A stretch of DNA of 64,000 nucleotides, taken from the IMG/VR virus record IMGVR_UViG_3300034022_001261; one strand, given 5' to 3'. The notes below the pieces were generated by a model, which saw nothing but the letters and a program-made list of their open reading frames with translations, made no database searches and was not told where the DNA came from. Below, piece by piece: positions 11,201-21,026 of this stretch. Numbering within the stretch: the stretch's first letter is position 1; each line of letters begins with the position of its first letter. This stretch comes from a virus. The position numbers and the translations under genes are program-made.

Positions 11201-12889
11201 GATGAATTTAATAAAATTAATGGGGTAGAAGTTAGCGCTGAATATGAAGCTAAATATGATTCCTATATTCACACTGGTTGGTATAGTCAAAATGAAGAAG
11301 ATCATTATATCTATAGCGATCCAGTAGAGGAAGCTCATGTTACCCCAGGCTTCACTCTCTCCTTAGACGCAGTTGCATTACAAGGTGCTCCTATTATTGT
11401 TCAAAGAAATATAGCAACACCTGGCAGTACTACGATGAATAGTGCAACTCCAGAAACATTAAGAGAAGTAGTTTTCCCGGACCAAGCAACACCAACTACA
11501 CTCTCTTTAATTAATTACGAGACAATATACGCCAACGCAAGCAATAATATATACCTAGGTTATGAAGACGTATACGACGTAACAGTGGTAGATGCTATCA
11601 CTGGTTATACAGTTTTAAGCAATGGTCAAACAAAAACTAACGAGATACAGGCATTTTCTTCTGCAACTCCAGTGGTAAATGGAAGAGAATACAACGTTAC
11701 TTATAAGGTAAGAAATTCCTACTTAATAGATAATGATTATTATGATTCAATTAATCAAAAATATATTAGTAAAATGCAATTTGATTCTACTCCATCTACC
11801 GTGTATTCATACGACGTAACATACGAATCAAACTACGTTAATCAATCAACTCCAATTTCTTTGACTGTAGATCCTTTGCAATTGTGGGACCAAGAAGGTT
11901 TTGTCTACTTGAGTCACAATGACTATAATTTTAATACAGCTATTATTAATTTAAAACCGGAATATATTATTGATGATGGTGATGATTATACAACAATAAC
12001 AATCCAATCAGTTGATGTAAACGGAAACTCAAAACCTTATCAAACTTTTAGAATTACTGGTCCTTACATCACCGCTGATGCCCAGTATATCACTACTGAC
12101 ATTAATGGTTTTGCTTATACTAATATTAAGTACAACGGAGTTATGCCTTCTGCTACTCCTGGAAGTTATATTACAGTCTCTGGCGTAGTCAACGGATCAA
12201 ACAACGCACATGCAAATTCACAAACGCAAGGCTATATAACGGTACTAAATTTCGATATAGTCACTGAATATTCAATGCAAAATCTAATTAAAGCGATAGT
12301 AGACACTCCATCTATTAAGGCAGATGGCATAAGCCAACAGTATATTAGAGGAATTATAACATCTGGGGCTACTCCAGTATCTAATAATGTTATTTATTGG
12401 AGAAAAGGAAGAACTCTTTATGACATCTTTACAGACCAAGATTACTCCAACTACGTAAGATCTGACAGTAATGGCAACTTCTCAATAGGCCCAATTCAAG
12501 CTAGCTCTTCAAAAGACCCAGGTTATTGGATGGTTGCTGTGGAGTCAGCTCATTCGGTGACTCCATCTTCAACCCCAGTTACGGTATCAGGAGATATTGT
12601 ATATTGGTCTGAAAAATATGATAACTTAAATTATCATTCAGGAGGCGCTGTATTATATAATTCAAATGTACTATTAGGGTATGGAGCTAAGATGTCTTCT
12701 ACTCCTAACTTTACTTTAAATTATCATGATGCTTCAGACGCCACTGCCTATGCTGCCACTCCCAATTGGCTTCCGCCAAAATGGTATCCTCTAGACAGAG
12801 CAGAGCAGTATCAAATGGGACTGTTGGGTTCAACGCCTAATGTTATTAGTAGTTATGGTAAATTAATGAATGATTATGAGGAAGAATAA
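8252..12889 (+). CDS. Large virion/baseplate structural protein (1545 aa) rich in Ala/Ser-Thr-Pro motifs
   Basis: Long intact ORF in the baseplate module. S/T/Y/N-rich beta-type composition; 32 TP dipeptides counted by hand. Confidence 0.6.
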   Translation: MKQYILALRSLDFIKSGKSWSTGSIDLYNNKSYTNYSITRSRFGIDELGDRTFVGTQIVQDATPSVTVSGLEAETVTNYGEIVKEAGVISYSVFDYNENIGQYFIFTTGDQATPYYVLQGSQTPDLFRFVDTSSQIDILSYKAAFTNINAKDAPTYTIKVYEGDAAEGPWMLSSISSDVGTLFISNAKRYSKFEVEVESELEPSDVENFGFVLLVQVSIADPIPPVLGKSAKNILARFPSWMKMYEDSMDQATPDLYVPQTVAGKFINALIADYPEDFEKQKDLFGLDKAISTADTDQLSWIYSITDVPPNHTSVTGEGLVSLSKLSSIEDLYESRKGDLCYYYNPVDREMFTVTLFPYLSIDGKSYNQNPILRWNWFDEFGTRVGLKRLYLESNDNFRLRILDVYQNLPGVSSDSFKLTLRRELDIWSAYGATPDSDYLGATPEIIEIEDMETSTPYFSFAGNPQPEFKNFVKNLNEKYPVNWGYVKWDNGFWDYAGKDQTGIGRIKASYDDSASPFGTYYQAGVGDNNDALIMVKEPIESNIDFSAKFKAHGIRKTGVEDVYSPIAVNYEYYGSYYQTVYENTSATANFDYALILPPHASHASPSVYHATINTFPTNSYSPTHSSSPEYSITKIFDAEGNSIDGINFYNRVTGELYNDSTATPATSKVNFYYATELSATPMLGSADSHIKFADATPITSTIGTPVRITKPYFTTTSADIKVVSIKYDAVTKRFYTTPKIPGSLEINASNDTSVTKDFTLDKNFIQNNIVFPPGSTPEYIYIDNSTPFGYFSATLYEDTGPFKGFGGVAYDPSSGLDQVIPSSPNIIASYLSPNFATPTLHPGYRDTTGSTVNYYFTSLLYPYGATPTSIVFSSADSANYPFTADVLTEFTAHSTPMIDGTVNEFGVVRTDPDNKDENFTQNSNLVGRYNLSYSDFGIDAVNYRIKKIEAVNDVDGVDLSLSKEFVYRNTDQNIYFANSIIEDEFNKINGVEVSAEYEAKYDSYIHTGWYSQNEEDHYIYSDPVEEAHVTPGFTLSLDAVALQGAPIIVQRNIATPGSTTMNSATPETLREVVFPDQATPTTLSLINYETIYANASNNIYLGYEDVYDVTVVDAITGYTVLSNGQTKTNEIQAFSSATPVVNGREYNVTYKVRNSYLIDNDYYDSINQKYISKMQFDSTPSTVYSYDVTYESNYVNQSTPISLTVDPLQLWDQEGFVYLSHNDYNFNTAIINLKPEYIIDDGDDYTTITIQSVDVNGNSKPYQTFRITGPYITADAQYITTDINGFAYTNIKYNGVMPSATPGSYITVSGVVNGSNNAHANSQTQGYITVLNFDIVTEYSMQNLIKAIVDTPSIKADGISQQYIRGIITSGATPVSNNVIYWRKGRTLYDIFTDQDYSNYVRSDSNGNFSIGPIQASSSKDPGYWMVAVESAHSVTPSSTPVTVSGDIVYWSEKYDNLNYHSGGAVLYNSNVLLGYGAKMSSTPNFTLNYHDASDATAYAATPNWLPPKWYPLDRAEQYQMGLLGSTPNVISSYGKLMNDYEEE

Positions 12890-12891
12890 GT

Positions 12892-15800
12892 ATGAAAAAG
12901 TTTATTGATAAAACTAATTCCCTTAAAGAACCAGCTATTAAAACTGGTAACTTCGTGCCCCGTGATGCGGTTAATTTAGGTTGGTTTTCGGGCAGGGAAA
13001 TATCTCCTAAAAACAATATATCATTAGTAGATTTGTCTGGTTTGATCCCGGAAAATATGACTACAAGTAATCAGTCGGACAAATTAATGTATGCCAATGA
13101 ATTTGGTATATTAGAAGATGCCAATGGCAACACTCTTATTGACTCAGATGATATTTCTGTAAGTTCCATTTTCTTAAACGCTGAGACACTAGACAGCAAC
13201 TACACAGCTGCTGATATGAGTCAAAAAGCATTTGTCCACTCATACTATGTTAGTAGATTTTTTACCCTTATTCCTAGCAGATCTTATACATCGTCAGCAT
13301 TGACTAACTATTTAGAAGAAGAATACATACCAAATCATATTAAGGTTTTGGACGAAGAAGGAAAGCTATATGCCGACCCAATAACTGGAGCAAAAAAATA
13401 TAGAATATCACTTGAATCATTTGTGACTAAAGTCAATAAGGATTTAGAAAGTGTTCCTCATAGAATAATAGTTCTTATAGATAACCCAAACCCAACTAAT
13501 TTGAAAATTGTTTACGATAAAGTTGAAGTAAATCAGGATGGCACCTGGTTTGGTCAATATCTTAAATTTGAAGAAAATATAAATTCTGTAAAAATATTCT
13601 CTGAGACTAGAGAAGAAACCGAAACCATAGATCCATCTAATGGGGATATGATGAAATTTTCTATTAAAAGAAACAATAAAAGATCATTAGTAGATGGATT
13701 AAATTTAAATAATTCTGGCAATCAAATATACATCAATAGAAAAGCATTAGATGATAACAGAGTTTTTGAAATATTTAACTGGAGGCTAGTAGCAAAAATT
13801 AGTAATAGTGTTAATTTTTCTCAAGTAAATTATGGCCAAGAAACAACAGGTAATAATGTACTACAAAAGACTGTTAAGGTTGGAGTTTTATATTCATCAA
13901 ATGAAGGACTTGACTATAGCAAAGTCAAACCATACGTAGCACTCAACTTGCAAAATTCCGTATTCAATCTATCCGGTTATGATTTCGAAAATCCAAATGC
14001 AACCTCTTCAAATCTCAATGAAGGTAAGTACTGGCTAGTAGATATAGATACCGTAAGTGATCTATCCGATTATGACGTAATATTTTCTGCAGTGCATTGG
14101 AGACTTACCGATAGTCAATCTCAAAAAATGCGTGATTTTTATACCACAAATAATGGCACGCTAGTAATAGACGCAAGCCAATGTTCAGCTAATGATTTAA
14201 CAGCCCTTAATTCTAGCTTAACAATATCGTCTGCTTCAGCAACTATTAGCAACCCAACCTATGCTAGCGCAACTGAAGCAGGCAGTCTACTAACCGACAC
14301 CACTAAGAATAATGGTTTTTCCATATCAAATGCAGAATTTCAACAGGATTGCGGAATACATGGATATACAAGAAACATTGCAAATGAATATAAGAATTAT
14401 AAATACTTTACTAATTCAAGTGTAAATTCCATACTATCTAGTGGCGCAAATAAATTTAGTGTTTTAGTAAGAAATATCCCCATTACGAATAACCTATCAG
14501 CTGGCAATATTATAGCTTCTACTTTCCCCATATTTGATTACTGCAATAACATCTATTTGGGTAGCAATTTAAATCCTACTAATAATTACGGAGAAACCAG
14601 TATTAGTTTAGCCCAAGGAAGTGTTTTTTCTGACTTTGTAGAAGGACCTTATAAATTCCTCTACAACTGCATGCTTGTAGCAATCAATGACAGAATAGAA
14701 TCTTCGAGATCTGTAATTGACGTTAGATCTAGCGTGCATTATTTTACTACTGGCTGGAATAACAATTGGGTTATTAATTCAGATGTTCTCTATGATGAAG
14801 AAAAAACTCAATATTATGAAAATATCAATAACGCAGGTGTCAACATATATGCTAGAAATATATTAAATTCACCTAAAACTTATTATATAGAAGAAATAAA
14901 AAAAATAATAACAGCATATCAAGATAGATTTTTTGATGACAATGAAAACAATATATCATTTTATGTAGAGTATACTAACGCAAACGTTCAATGGACAAAC
15001 ACTATCCCTGTAACTGATTTAGAAAAAAATGAAATATCTTCTTCTTATCAGATAAGAAAAATCTCAAACAAAAATAGTAAATGTTATGCGTACACAGAAA
15101 AAGTTTCACCCGCATTTATAATTCCATCAGGTTTTGGGCCATATCAAATTAGAGCTAAAACAGTAACCAGTGCAGTAGATCCACTTTCTTCTTTCTCTAA
15201 TGTAGCTCCACAAAATTACCCATTTGAATTAAACTTAAGTCACTCTAAGATATCTGGCGGAGACAATCCGAAATCGTTTAGCGCTTCGATTAAAACTCTT
15301 TTGAAGGTAGAGTTTGAACAAACTAATTCCTGGAAACAAGAAGTAGATTCTAATATCGGAGGCAATCTTACAGTATCACGACAGAAAACAGCTGCCATAG
15401 CAAGAACACTTAAAGTAGCCGGCAGGGCTGAAGTCATAAACCCTCCTACTCCCGGGGCTACAAAACCTCTAGCTTACAGTGCCGAAGAAGTACAAACTAG
15501 CGAATCTGCAGATACATTGGCTTCTAGTAGTGATTACAATGCTTTTGTATATACTGGAGATATAGGGCAAGGTAATACTTGGGACGAGTACTTTCAGGGC
15601 AAGGGCTCAGGAACTTATGTTAGATACATAAAGCTAACCATGCACCACGCTGGTTACAATAAGAGTAGTCCGTCCAATGGTACATTTGATGCCTCTTTAT
15701 CAACTGAAGTAAAAGCATTTCAAAAAGCTAATGACCTTCCCGCTGATGGGATTATAGACTCTAGGACCAAAGAAGCAATGGCGTTCATTTGGTCAGGTAA

Positions 15801-18441
15801 AACCGCCGAACAACTAGAGGCCACTAGAGTCAGTGTCGTAGATAAGAACAACTATAAAGATAAAGATATATGGGATTACGTCAATGCAGCGTCAAAGGTG
15901 AGAACCGCAAAAGCAGATATATTATCTGGCAATAATGTTACAATGATTAATTTTACTGGATCATCAAAAGCATCTGAAAAAATAAAGATGTGGGTAAGCA
16001 TTCGTCTTCGTAATGATGCAGTTTTAGAAAAAGTAACTACAGTGAATATACTGCCTATATCACCATGGCCTTCCGCTACATCCTACAAGGGAATAAGAGT
16101 GTTTGATTGGACTACAACAGACACGCCAAGTAGGACTCCATCTCCTGTCAACAACAAGACTCAAGGGTATCAAAAAGATGGAACAATAACAATTACTTTA
16201 GATTCATCTAGTTACAAGGGCAAGTGGCTGAATATACTTTTAGAGGGGTCCATATTGGGCGGCAATAAGTTTGGACCTAAAGCAGCAGGATTAGCATTTA
16301 GTCAAATAAATGTAAACTACAAATATTTAGATATTCAAAACCCAAATACTCCAGCGGTCTTAGAAGAGTGGAATAACGATGGAGTTGAGGCAACTTATTA
16401 CTATTGGTTAAATCACATTGATAGAGTTAGGGTTGAAGGAATAGTAGAAGTCACCCACGATCTAAATAACATATCCTTTAATCCTATATCAACAGATATC
16501 ACTCTGCAGTATCTAAAAAATAATGGAATATTAAAATCTATAATGGTTCATGAACAAGTAGGAGATAGATTGTTTGCTACTAACCCAGCATTCAATCGTA
16601 GTGGATCAGATTCACCTTTAAATAATTCTTCCTTTAAACCAGATTTGTCTAGAAATGAAATAGTAGATATAGCTAACCCTAAGAGTATAACCAGAATTAA
16701 CTCCTCTTCTCTAGTGGCAGGATCAGTCAGGGAGTCTGGAACTTCCATATTATCAAATGACAACTTCATTAATGTCAGCAGTAGCTCTTCAATGAACGCT
16801 GCTGGAGAAACTATTTTAAGTATTAGTGCAAATAGTAAAGTTTCTAGTTACACCGCAGCTACAACCTACAATAGAACTACACCTATATCTGGATACAGTT
16901 TAAAGAAGGTTATAAATAACCAAATAATTAATGGGAAAAATCACACCAATTACTATGACGGGATTATGTTATTGACCAATAGTAATGGAACACCATTTTT
17001 CCCGTTGAATCTCTCACAAGTTTCTGTTACATTAGCCAACACGGAAGACTCCTACTATAGCGATATTATACTCACTAAAGTAGGTGGAGATACTCCTGGA
17101 TTAGAATATGGGTTTTATGATACAACTACTAATCAATTTATTGGCAAAAAAATAACATACCTAAGATATATGCAAAATCCTAGCAATATCTATATAGGCG
17201 TATATGCGTATGATTATGATGGAAATTTGTCCACTCTAAAAGAATTTACTAGTTCTAGCAACGGGTCTATTTATACCCCGGTTTCAATACCATTAAGAGC
17301 AGCCTATCCTGTAGTTAATGTAGTTTCTAATGATAGAAACAAAATTCAATTGTCTGGAATAAATGGAGATTTAAGTAAAACTGAACCATGGCCTTTGTCT
17401 ATTAGTTCAGGTTCTTTTCAGAAGACAATAAATATAAATGCCAACGACGCCAGAGATTGGAAAGCCTCCTATGGTGGTCAGAATTTAATAGCTTCCTATG
17501 ATACGTCTTCTATAACAAGCGTGCCATGGTCAAGAATGTTTGGAAGAGGATACTACGATATTATAGGAGAACGTCCTAAATACAATAACTCTAGAGCTAT
17601 TACATTAAGGCAAACCCCACTACACGTTATAAAAGGCTATTCTTCAGATCTAAGTGGAAAAAATGTTCCAATGAAACCAGCGCTTAAGGTATATACAAGG
17701 GTTAGTGAAACTAGTCCTTGGTTATTAATTCCTTATTCTGAGATAGTAAACTTTAATGCAAGTACCGGTTTAATTGAGTTTAAGAATCAAATTATATCAA
17801 ACAATGAAGACTTAACAAAAGTAGACTACACTATTGAATATAGTAAACTTAGCGTTAAGCAGTCGGATGGAGTTCCAATTCCTACTAACCCATTTTTGAA
17901 TAAAGATACAGTACAATTAAATAAGCCTTTATACATTTATATTCTTCCCAAAAAGGTATACAAAAGTGATAGTGTCAATAATTCAATTAGACAAGTAGAA
18001 GTTACCGAGTATCCTACTGGTCCAGTTATAAACTTTACCTATAACAATAATATATTCAATAAATTTGACCAAGTTGCGTATGACCCATTTGCCCAGCTAA
18101 TAGGAATAATATATGTAATAAATACCAACGATGATGAAAACTTTAACTTTACAGACCTAAGAGTAAAGGGTGGGGGAATCTCTGCGAACTTTGACACCAA
18201 TACTATACTTGATGATATCTCTCAAGCAGTTTCCTATTGGGACATCTACCCTCCAATGGCAGAAGCATATCCAAGAGGTGGCTATGTTATGGTTAAAATT
18301 CCATCTATAGTTAAGAAAAACTTCATTAATCCTCAAGAAGTTTATGATATAGTTAGAGATAACTTAACAGCAGGTGTTGTATTTGACCTATACGATACGG
18401 ACGGAAAGGACTGGGGATCAAGTGTTACATCATCTTCCTGA
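12892..18441 (+). CDS. Large virion protein (1849 aa) with an internal peptidoglycan-binding (PG_binding_1-like) domain
   Basis: Intact ORF. Segment YVRYIKLTMHHAGY...GTFDASLSTEVKAFQKANDLPADGIIDSRTKEAM at about 15610-15780. Confidence 0.6.
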   Translation: MKKFIDKTNSLKEPAIKTGNFVPRDAVNLGWFSGREISPKNNISLVDLSGLIPENMTTSNQSDKLMYANEFGILEDANGNTLIDSDDISVSSIFLNAETLDSNYTAADMSQKAFVHSYYVSRFFTLIPSRSYTSSALTNYLEEEYIPNHIKVLDEEGKLYADPITGAKKYRISLESFVTKVNKDLESVPHRIIVLIDNPNPTNLKIVYDKVEVNQDGTWFGQYLKFEENINSVKIFSETREETETIDPSNGDMMKFSIKRNNKRSLVDGLNLNNSGNQIYINRKALDDNRVFEIFNWRLVAKISNSVNFSQVNYGQETTGNNVLQKTVKVGVLYSSNEGLDYSKVKPYVALNLQNSVFNLSGYDFENPNATSSNLNEGKYWLVDIDTVSDLSDYDVIFSAVHWRLTDSQSQKMRDFYTTNNGTLVIDASQCSANDLTALNSSLTISSASATISNPTYASATEAGSLLTDTTKNNGFSISNAEFQQDCGIHGYTRNIANEYKNYKYFTNSSVNSILSSGANKFSVLVRNIPITNNLSAGNIIASTFPIFDYCNNIYLGSNLNPTNNYGETSISLAQGSVFSDFVEGPYKFLYNCMLVAINDRIESSRSVIDVRSSVHYFTTGWNNNWVINSDVLYDEEKTQYYENINNAGVNIYARNILNSPKTYYIEEIKKIITAYQDRFFDDNENNISFYVEYTNANVQWTNTIPVTDLEKNEISSSYQIRKISNKNSKCYAYTEKVSPAFIIPSGFGPYQIRAKTVTSAVDPLSSFSNVAPQNYPFELNLSHSKISGGDNPKSFSASIKTLLKVEFEQTNSWKQEVDSNIGGNLTVSRQKTAAIARTLKVAGRAEVINPPTPGATKPLAYSAEEVQTSESADTLASSSDYNAFVYTGDIGQGNTWDEYFQGKGSGTYVRYIKLTMHHAGYNKSSPSNGTFDASLSTEVKAFQKANDLPADGIIDSRTKEAMAFIWSGKTAEQLEATRVSVVDKNNYKDKDIWDYVNAASKVRTAKADILSGNNVTMINFTGSSKASEKIKMWVSIRLRNDAVLEKVTTVNILPISPWPSATSYKGIRVFDWTTTDTPSRTPSPVNNKTQGYQKDGTITITLDSSSYKGKWLNILLEGSILGGNKFGPKAAGLAFSQINVNYKYLDIQNPNTPAVLEEWNNDGVEATYYYWLNHIDRVRVEGIVEVTHDLNNISFNPISTDITLQYLKNNGILKSIMVHEQVGDRLFATNPAFNRSGSDSPLNNSSFKPDLSRNEIVDIANPKSITRINSSSLVAGSVRESGTSILSNDNFINVSSSSSMNAAGETILSISANSKVSSYTAATTYNRTTPISGYSLKKVINNQIINGKNHTNYYDGIMLLTNSNGTPFFPLNLSQVSVTLANTEDSYYSDIILTKVGGDTPGLEYGFYDTTTNQFIGKKITYLRYMQNPSNIYIGVYAYDYDGNLSTLKEFTSSSNGSIYTPVSIPLRAAYPVVNVVSNDRNKIQLSGINGDLSKTEPWPLSISSGSFQKTININANDARDWKASYGGQNLIASYDTSSITSVPWSRMFGRGYYDIIGERPKYNNSRAITLRQTPLHVIKGYSSDLSGKNVPMKPALKVYTRVSETSPWLLIPYSEIVNFNASTGLIEFKNQIISNNEDLTKVDYTIEYSKLSVKQSDGVPIPTNPFLNKDTVQLNKPLYIYILPKKVYKSDSVNNSIRQVEVTEYPTGPVINFTYNNNIFNKFDQVAYDPFAQLIGIIYVINTNDDENFNFTDLRVKGGGISANFDTNTILDDISQAVSYWDIYPPMAEAYPRGGYVMVKIPSIVKKNFINPQEVYDIVRDNLTAGVVFDLYDTDGKDWGSSVTSSS

Positions 18442-21025
18442 TACAATACAAACTTTTTCTAATAGCAGTAAAAAAACTGTTAGTTCTTTAATCCAAAATA
18501 TTAAAGCAGATAAAACTCAAATCGCTAACCTAATTGAGAATATAAAAACTTTTGATACAACTGCTAATTATACGCCAGCTTTAGCCTTAAGATATTCTCC
18601 AATGAATTTAGAAGCTATAATAGAATTTTTTAGAGATTCCTCATTAAGAGTTGGACAATTCTTTTCTGCATCTTCCTCTATATCAAACGTTGCTAATTCA
18701 ATGGTTTCTATTTTTTCCTCTGAAATACAAAAAATAGAAAATGATATAAAAATATTAGAAACATTTATAAATAATTATCAATACATATCTGGAGAAGATG
18801 ATTTATTTAACTTCAATTATGTAGAAAATTTTGATAATGATTTAAATTCTTATAAACAAGATTCAAGTAATATAGTGCTATATGATAGAGATGGATCGAC
18901 ATTTGCTCAAAATGGTAATTACAAAATAGATAATACAATAAATAAAATGAGTATTGACAATGGGATTTCTTTTGTTAACATGATAAACAATATTTCTAAT
19001 ATTAACTATACTAGCAATTATTCAAATTTCACAACTACAGACAGTGGATTTAGCCCAGTCATAAACGAGAGCCCATTAAGAGATTGGACCGTGACTGTCA
19101 AGTCCCCATATGTAATAACTTCAAAGCTGCCATCATTATCCCGTTATTTAAGCTATGACTATTCTTACATAACTGGAGCACAATCTCAGGTAGTTATGAC
19201 GCTTATCAATGCCACAGAGATGGATCTTATAAGGATAAGTCCATCTGATACGGAAGAAATGCAGCTGCTTCAGGTCATAGTGGAATCCACTAATCCAACA
19301 GCATCAACTCAAACTGGTTCCGTAAGTGGAAGTATAATTGAAACACCTGTTTTGGATTCACCTTTATTAATTAATAAAACAGTAGATATATTATTCCCTA
19401 AATGTAGAGTAAATAAAATAACCTTTATATTTAACCAACCTAAATATATTAGATCTGATAATATAGCTAACGTCCACGAAACAAATTCTAAATATATTCA
19501 TTCAGTAGTAAAAGGTATAAGAGATTCAAAGTCTTTAAACGCTAGTAAAATGCAGGACCTAGTGTACTTTTATTTCAAAAACAGTACTTCAATACTTAAT
19601 TCTAGAAAAAACAAAAAGCAATATGAAGAAGTTTATTCATATAGATATCCATCTAATAAAGAGGTAAACCCAGATTCTGTATTTGATAATCTTGTAAAAT
19701 TTGGAGAAAAAAGAAAAGAAGATTTTGTAAATAGTGGTAATAATAATATTATTTCAAATATAGTTCAAACAATAGTTCAATATTCTATAGACGCTAGATC
19801 TAATTTATTTAATAATAATATATACAAACCAAATAGATCAGATGACTTTTCTAATCAAAGCAGAGGCATGATGTCGGATGGAATAGTCCCATTGAAAAAC
19901 GACAGAGAAAATTATGAATTTATTTTTCAAAAAGAAGATCCTGAAATTCCAGGAATAACTAGTTATGATTTAACAAGTTATTTAAATTCAAAAGAAATAA
20001 CAAGTTCTTATGAATATACTTTTTCTATTAAAAATATTTCCTTTGGTGTCTCTACTAGTTCAATTTCCAACAAAGCTTGTTACATATCTAAAAAAATTGA
20101 AACTGATGGCTCACCTTTAGGGCTAAAGGGTATTGTCAACATCATTAAAGAAAGACAAAACTTAAGCTATAATGGATATGATTTAATTGAGCCAGGTTCT
20201 GCAGAGCTTAGTATCTGTCTGCAGGAAAATGTATTATCAGAATCTTCGTGGATTCCAATTAATCACAGCTTATCTAATTCTATAGATTCTGAAGTTTTGT
20301 TTTTTAACAACTTAAAGCAGGCTACTCTGAGATTCCTCCCATTGCCTGCAACTATAAGAGTTTACAAAAATGGCATCTTGGAAAATCCAAATAATTGGAC
20401 CTATCAAAATAATAAAATTACGATGATAAATTCAATAGAGGCTTTATCTATATATGTAGCGCAATATAACTTAGACACATCAGATTATAATCAGTCATTA
20501 TTGGATATAGATGCACTTTTAGACGGTCAGAATGTGATTAGGTCTTACGTTAAAAATGGATCTCAAGGACAAGTATTCCAAGCTACTGGTGGAGGAAATA
20601 GAGTTCAGCTAGATTACACTCCTTTTATAGAAGATAAATTTTCAACGGCCACTTACAGTAGTGATTATGGTACGATTAACTCTTTTGAAAATATTGGCTA
20701 TTCTCCTATTACAGTAACTTTATCAGATGGAACTTTAGCTATTAATTTAACAAATTATTTAAGTAACAACTTTGAAAAAGCAACATTTTATTCTACAAAT
20801 CAAGTTTTATTTTTTCAAAATGGAAAACAACTAATCTTTAATAAAAACATTACAACTCCATTGAAAGTTAATTACTCGTATATTCCTCCTAGCGTAAGGT
20901 TTAGGGTTATCATTAGGAATAACATTCCGGAGTTAACCAATGGAATATCAGTAGATAATGTTATAATTAAATGTAAGGTAAATAACTTGGACCCATTATC
21001 ACAGAAATTATTAAGGTTAAATTAA
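18422..21025 (+). CDS. Putative baseplate/tail structural protein
   Basis: Likely GTG start at 18422 after GGGGA, overlapping the previous stop. Long N/S-rich ORF in the structural operon. Confidence 0.55.
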   Translation: MLHHLPDTIQTFSNSSKKTVSSLIQNIKADKTQIANLIENIKTFDTTANYTPALALRYSPMNLEAIIEFFRDSSLRVGQFFSASSSISNVANSMVSIFSSEIQKIENDIKILETFINNYQYISGEDDLFNFNYVENFDNDLNSYKQDSSNIVLYDRDGSTFAQNGNYKIDNTINKMSIDNGISFVNMINNISNINYTSNYSNFTTTDSGFSPVINESPLRDWTVTVKSPYVITSKLPSLSRYLSYDYSYITGAQSQVVMTLINATEMDLIRISPSDTEEMQLLQVIVESTNPTASTQTGSVSGSIIETPVLDSPLLINKTVDILFPKCRVNKITFIFNQPKYIRSDNIANVHETNSKYIHSVVKGIRDSKSLNASKMQDLVYFYFKNSTSILNSRKNKKQYEEVYSYRYPSNKEVNPDSVFDNLVKFGEKRKEDFVNSGNNNIISNIVQTIVQYSIDARSNLFNNNIYKPNRSDDFSNQSRGMMSDGIVPLKNDRENYEFIFQKEDPEIPGITSYDLTSYLNSKEITSSYEYTFSIKNISFGVSTSSISNKACYISKKIETDGSPLGLKGIVNIIKERQNLSYNGYDLIEPGSAELSICLQENVLSESSWIPINHSLSNSIDSEVLFFNNLKQATLRFLPLPATIRVYKNGILENPNNWTYQNNKITMINSIEALSIYVAQYNLDTSDYNQSLLDIDALLDGQNVIRSYVKNGSQGQVFQATGGGNRVQLDYTPFIEDKFSTATYSSDYGTINSFENIGYSPITVTLSDGTLAINLTNYLSNNFEKATFYSTNQVLFFQNGKQLIFNKNITTPLKVNYSYIPPSVRFRVIIRNNIPELTNGISVDNVIIKCKVNNLDPLSQKLLRLN

Positions 21026-21026
21026 T

